Assembly (NCBI GenBank): GCA_002309215.1
Contig: DBXG01000018.1
Location: 1 to 39,348, forward strand
Reading direction: 5' to 3'
Length of the DNA: 39,348 nucleotides
DNA from: Alphaproteobacteria bacterium UBA1218
GTDB taxonomy: Bacteria > Pseudomonadota > Alphaproteobacteria > Rs-D84
A model generated the notes under the pieces. That model worked only from the letters and a program-made list of their open reading frames with translations, did no database searches and was not told the origin of the DNA. Both the position numbers and the translations under genes were made by a program. Positions 37,206 to 39,348 of the stretch are shown here, in pieces (position 1 is the first letter of the stretch; each line of letters starts with the position of its first letter).

Positions 37206-37775
37206 ATGGCTTCTTTTATTGCAAATGATATGCGTGTGGGTTGGGTAATTTCCCATAATGGAAAACGTTATTCTGTGACCTCAATTACCAAGGTAAAACC
37301 TGGCAAAGGTGGCGCTTTTGTTCAGGCGGACTTGCGTGACATTGATTCAGGAAACAAAGGTGGCGATCGCTGGCGCGCTGAAGACAAGGTTGAAAAATTG
37401 ATGGTTGAAGATATCGACTGTCAATATTTGTATTCTGACGGGACAGATGCGTTCTTTATGAATCTGTCAGATTATGAACAATTCACAATGCCAAATGAAT
37501 CTTTGGGTGAACAAATGAAATTCTTGGCACCTGAAATGGTGGTCAAAGCCAATTTTGTCGAAGGTCATCCAGTATCTATCACTTTGCCAAAAACTGTTAT
37601 CGCAACTGTGGAAGAAACAGAACCTGCGTTAAAAGGTCAAACAGCAACAGGTAGTGGCGGAAAACCTGCGATTTTGGATAATGGTGTTCGTGTTCAGGTT
37701 CCTGTATTTATTGAACAAGGTGAAAAGATTGTCGTAAATACAGAAACATTAGAATATGTCGAACGCGCAAAATAA
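37206..37775 (+). CDS. efp: Elongation factor P
   Basis: VKPGKGGAF, QYLYSDG, TEPALKGQTA, KPAIL..G..VQVPVFI, YVER. Confidence 0.97.
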   Translation: MASFIANDMRVGWVISHNGKRYSVTSITKVKPGKGGAFVQADLRDIDSGNKGGDRWRAEDKVEKLMVEDIDCQYLYSDGTDAFFMNLSDYEQFTMPNESLGEQMKFLAPEMVVKANFVEGHPVSITLPKTVIATVEETEPALKGQTATGSGGKPAILDNGVRVQVPVFIEQGEKIVVNTETLEYVERAK

Positions 37776-37780
37776 ATGAA

Positions 37781-37941
37781 AACGGTGCATCTGCTTGTTG
37801 GCACCGCGTTCATGTAACATTTGTACACTTCACTTGGTGACAACGGCGCATCTGCGCCGTTTTTGTTTATTTATAAAAAATAAGATATCTATATTATTCT
37901 AATTTATTTTAAAAAAGATGGGGCGCAGGTGCGCCGTTTTT
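37781..37941. repeat. Three related GC-rich hairpins between convergent efp and fba (include the terminators)
   Basis: AACGGTGCATCTGC...GCACCG (37781), AACGGCGCATCTGCGCCGTT (37842), GGCGCAGGTGCGCCGTT (37922). Confidence 0.75.
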
Positions 37942-38883
37942 TTATGCTTTGTTTGTCGAACTCATAATGTTTTTTATTTCATCAATGCATTGTTTTGTCA
38001 TCTTGTACATTGCAAAATCTAGGTATTGACGTGGGTTCGTTATGTTTTTATTTTTGTAAAATTGTTCGCGTATGCCGGCTGTGAATGCCAGACGTAAATC
38101 GCTGTCTACATTGATTTTGGTTATATGCATGGAAATTGCGCGTTTCAATTGGGATGCGTTTATTCCGCGTGCATTATTCAGTTTTCCGCCAAACTTGTTT
38201 ATGTCGTTTATATATTTTTGTGGGATGCTGGATGCGCCATGCAGGACAAGTGGTGTATTCGGTATGTTGTGTGCGATTTTTTGCAAAATATCGAATCGCA
38301 ATTTGTCGCTATCTGATTTTCTTTTGTACAAGCCATGTGATGTTCCAACAGCGATTGCTAAAGAGTCTGTATTTGTTCGTTTCGCAAAGTTGGCAACTAT
38401 ATTTGGGTCAGTATACAAATGCGAATCGGCATAGGTTAATTCGTCTTCGATTCCAGCCAATACGCCAAGTTCGGTTTCCACAGATACATCGTATTTGTGC
38501 GCATAATCTGCGATTTTTTTAGAAATTTTTATGTTTTCAGATAACGGTAAAGCACTGCCGTCGAACATAACAGATGAAAAACCAATATCAATCGCATGCT
38601 TGCAGGAATCAAAACTATGTCCATGATCCAAATGCAGTGCAACCTGATTTTTTTTGTATTTTGCGCCACGAATCATGCCCATCAAAATATCATCGCCCAT
38701 GTATTGTAGCGCAGATTCTGATACAGCCAAAATAATTGGGCTGTTTGTCTGTTCTGCGGCAGTCAGTATTGCTTTTAATGTTTCCATATTATAGAAATTA
38801 AATGCTGGAACCGCATATTTACCGCGTAAAGCGCGCATCAGCAGTTTTTTTGTGTTTGTTAAACCAAAATCAGAATAGTGCAT
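37942..38883 (-). CDS. fba: Class II fructose-1,6-bisphosphate aldolase
   Basis: YAVPAFN, LHLDHG, GFSSVMFDGS, VETELG, LAIAVGTSHG, LVLHGAS, KINVDSDLR. Confidence 0.95.
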   Translation of the reverse strand: MHYSDFGLTNTKKLLMRALRGKYAVPAFNFYNMETLKAILTAAEQTNSPIILAVSESALQYMGDDILMGMIRGAKYKKNQVALHLDHGHSFDSCKHAIDIGFSSVMFDGSALPLSENIKISKKIADYAHKYDVSVETELGVLAGIEDELTYADSHLYTDPNIVANFAKRTNTDSLAIAVGTSHGLYKRKSDSDKLRFDILQKIAHNIPNTPLVLHGASSIPQKYINDINKFGGKLNNARGINASQLKRAISMHITKINVDSDLRLAFTAGIREQFYKNKNITNPRQYLDFAMYKMTKQCIDEIKNIMSSTNKA

Positions 38884-39033
38884 ATCGTATCCTTTTGGGC
38901 TTGTTGTCTGTATTATACCATAAAATTCAGGTATTTATGTGCTTTTTTTGTATAAGACCTTGACAATCGGGATATTTATGGAACAATTCCAGTAACGAAT
39001 CGGAATTCGTGTGTAAAAACAAAGGAAATACAA

Positions 39034-39348
39034 ATGAAAAAAGTAGTTCTGTCAGTATTAGGACTTGGATTATTGGCTGGATGTTCTGGCTATGATTACT
39101 ATAAAACTGGTGTTCGTTATTATCAAGATGACGAAGATTGTATCTATTATTCACGCGAAAGCGGCAAGAAATTTGATTCAGATGTTCGTTCATTAAGAGA
39201 TGGTAAACGTATCGTATACCGTAATACACGTTGCTCTGATTTGTACAAGAAAGATACATTTGGTTATGGTGAACGCGAAGACAGACGCGCAATCGTTCCT
39301 GTGTCTGTTGAAGAAAAGCCAGCGCCAAGTTGTGGTTGTTCAAAATGT
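39034..39348 (+). CDS. Hypothetical lipoprotein, 3' end beyond the window (absent from the ORF track)
   Basis: AAGGA RBS, MKKVVLSVLGLGLLAG-C lipobox, frame open to the window edge; TTGACA at 38960. Confidence 0.8.
   Translation, partial: MKKVVLSVLGLGLLAGCSGYDYYKTGVRYYQDDEDCIYYSRESGKKFDSDVRSLRDGKRIVYRNTRCSDLYKKDTFGYGEREDRRAIVPVSVEEKPAPSCGCSKC

Noticed and set aside
37875-37905. dif-like sequence (TCTATA-TTATTCTAATT)
   Set aside because: Only the XerD-like arm partly matches, within nearly pure A/T DNA; no XerC arm
38927-39343. 138-aa minus-strand ORF
   Set aside because: Antisense to a plus-strand lipoprotein with RBS and lipobox that the ORF track missed because it runs off the window
1-39348. 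Alternative genetic code or programmed frameshifts
   Set aside because: All recognisable genes translate full length in the standard bacterial code, and TAA, TAG and TGA all act as stops

Overview
A gene-dense, AT-rich chromosomal window with no transposase, integrase, prophage, CRISPR or rRNA. Gene order (ruvX divergent from gatCAB, plsY...dprA, uvrC-pgsA, rluA-asmA) points to an alphaproteobacterium, probably a streamlined host-associated lineage (inference). Core genes: tRNA-Lys(CTT), tatD-like, tcdA, miaB, gatCAB with an antisense tRNA-Phe between gatA and gatB, ruvX, sufB-sufC, rpsT, plsY, dprA, dnaA, dnaJ, parE, pgsA, uvrC, an RluA-family synthase, an AsmA-family protein, dnaN, efp and class II fba. 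Between them lie outer-membrane proteins, type IVb pilus parts (TcpQ-domain protein, PilN/BfpB-type secretin, a distant atypical pilin) and several secreted or orphan proteins. Most notable: (1) an ankyrin gene with its own promoter bracketed by a perfect 36-bp duplication of a terminator, like an excisable one-gene cassette; (2) a DnaA lacking the arginine finger and sensor-II arginine; (3) a dispersed type IVb-like pilus whose promoter shares a GANTC-containing signature with the dnaN promoter, plus frequent CGAWTCG; (4) a secreted protein made of two Cys-bracketed Gly/Ala/Thr-rich hairpins resembling a pore-former. All calls rest on motif recognition by eye; no searches were run.
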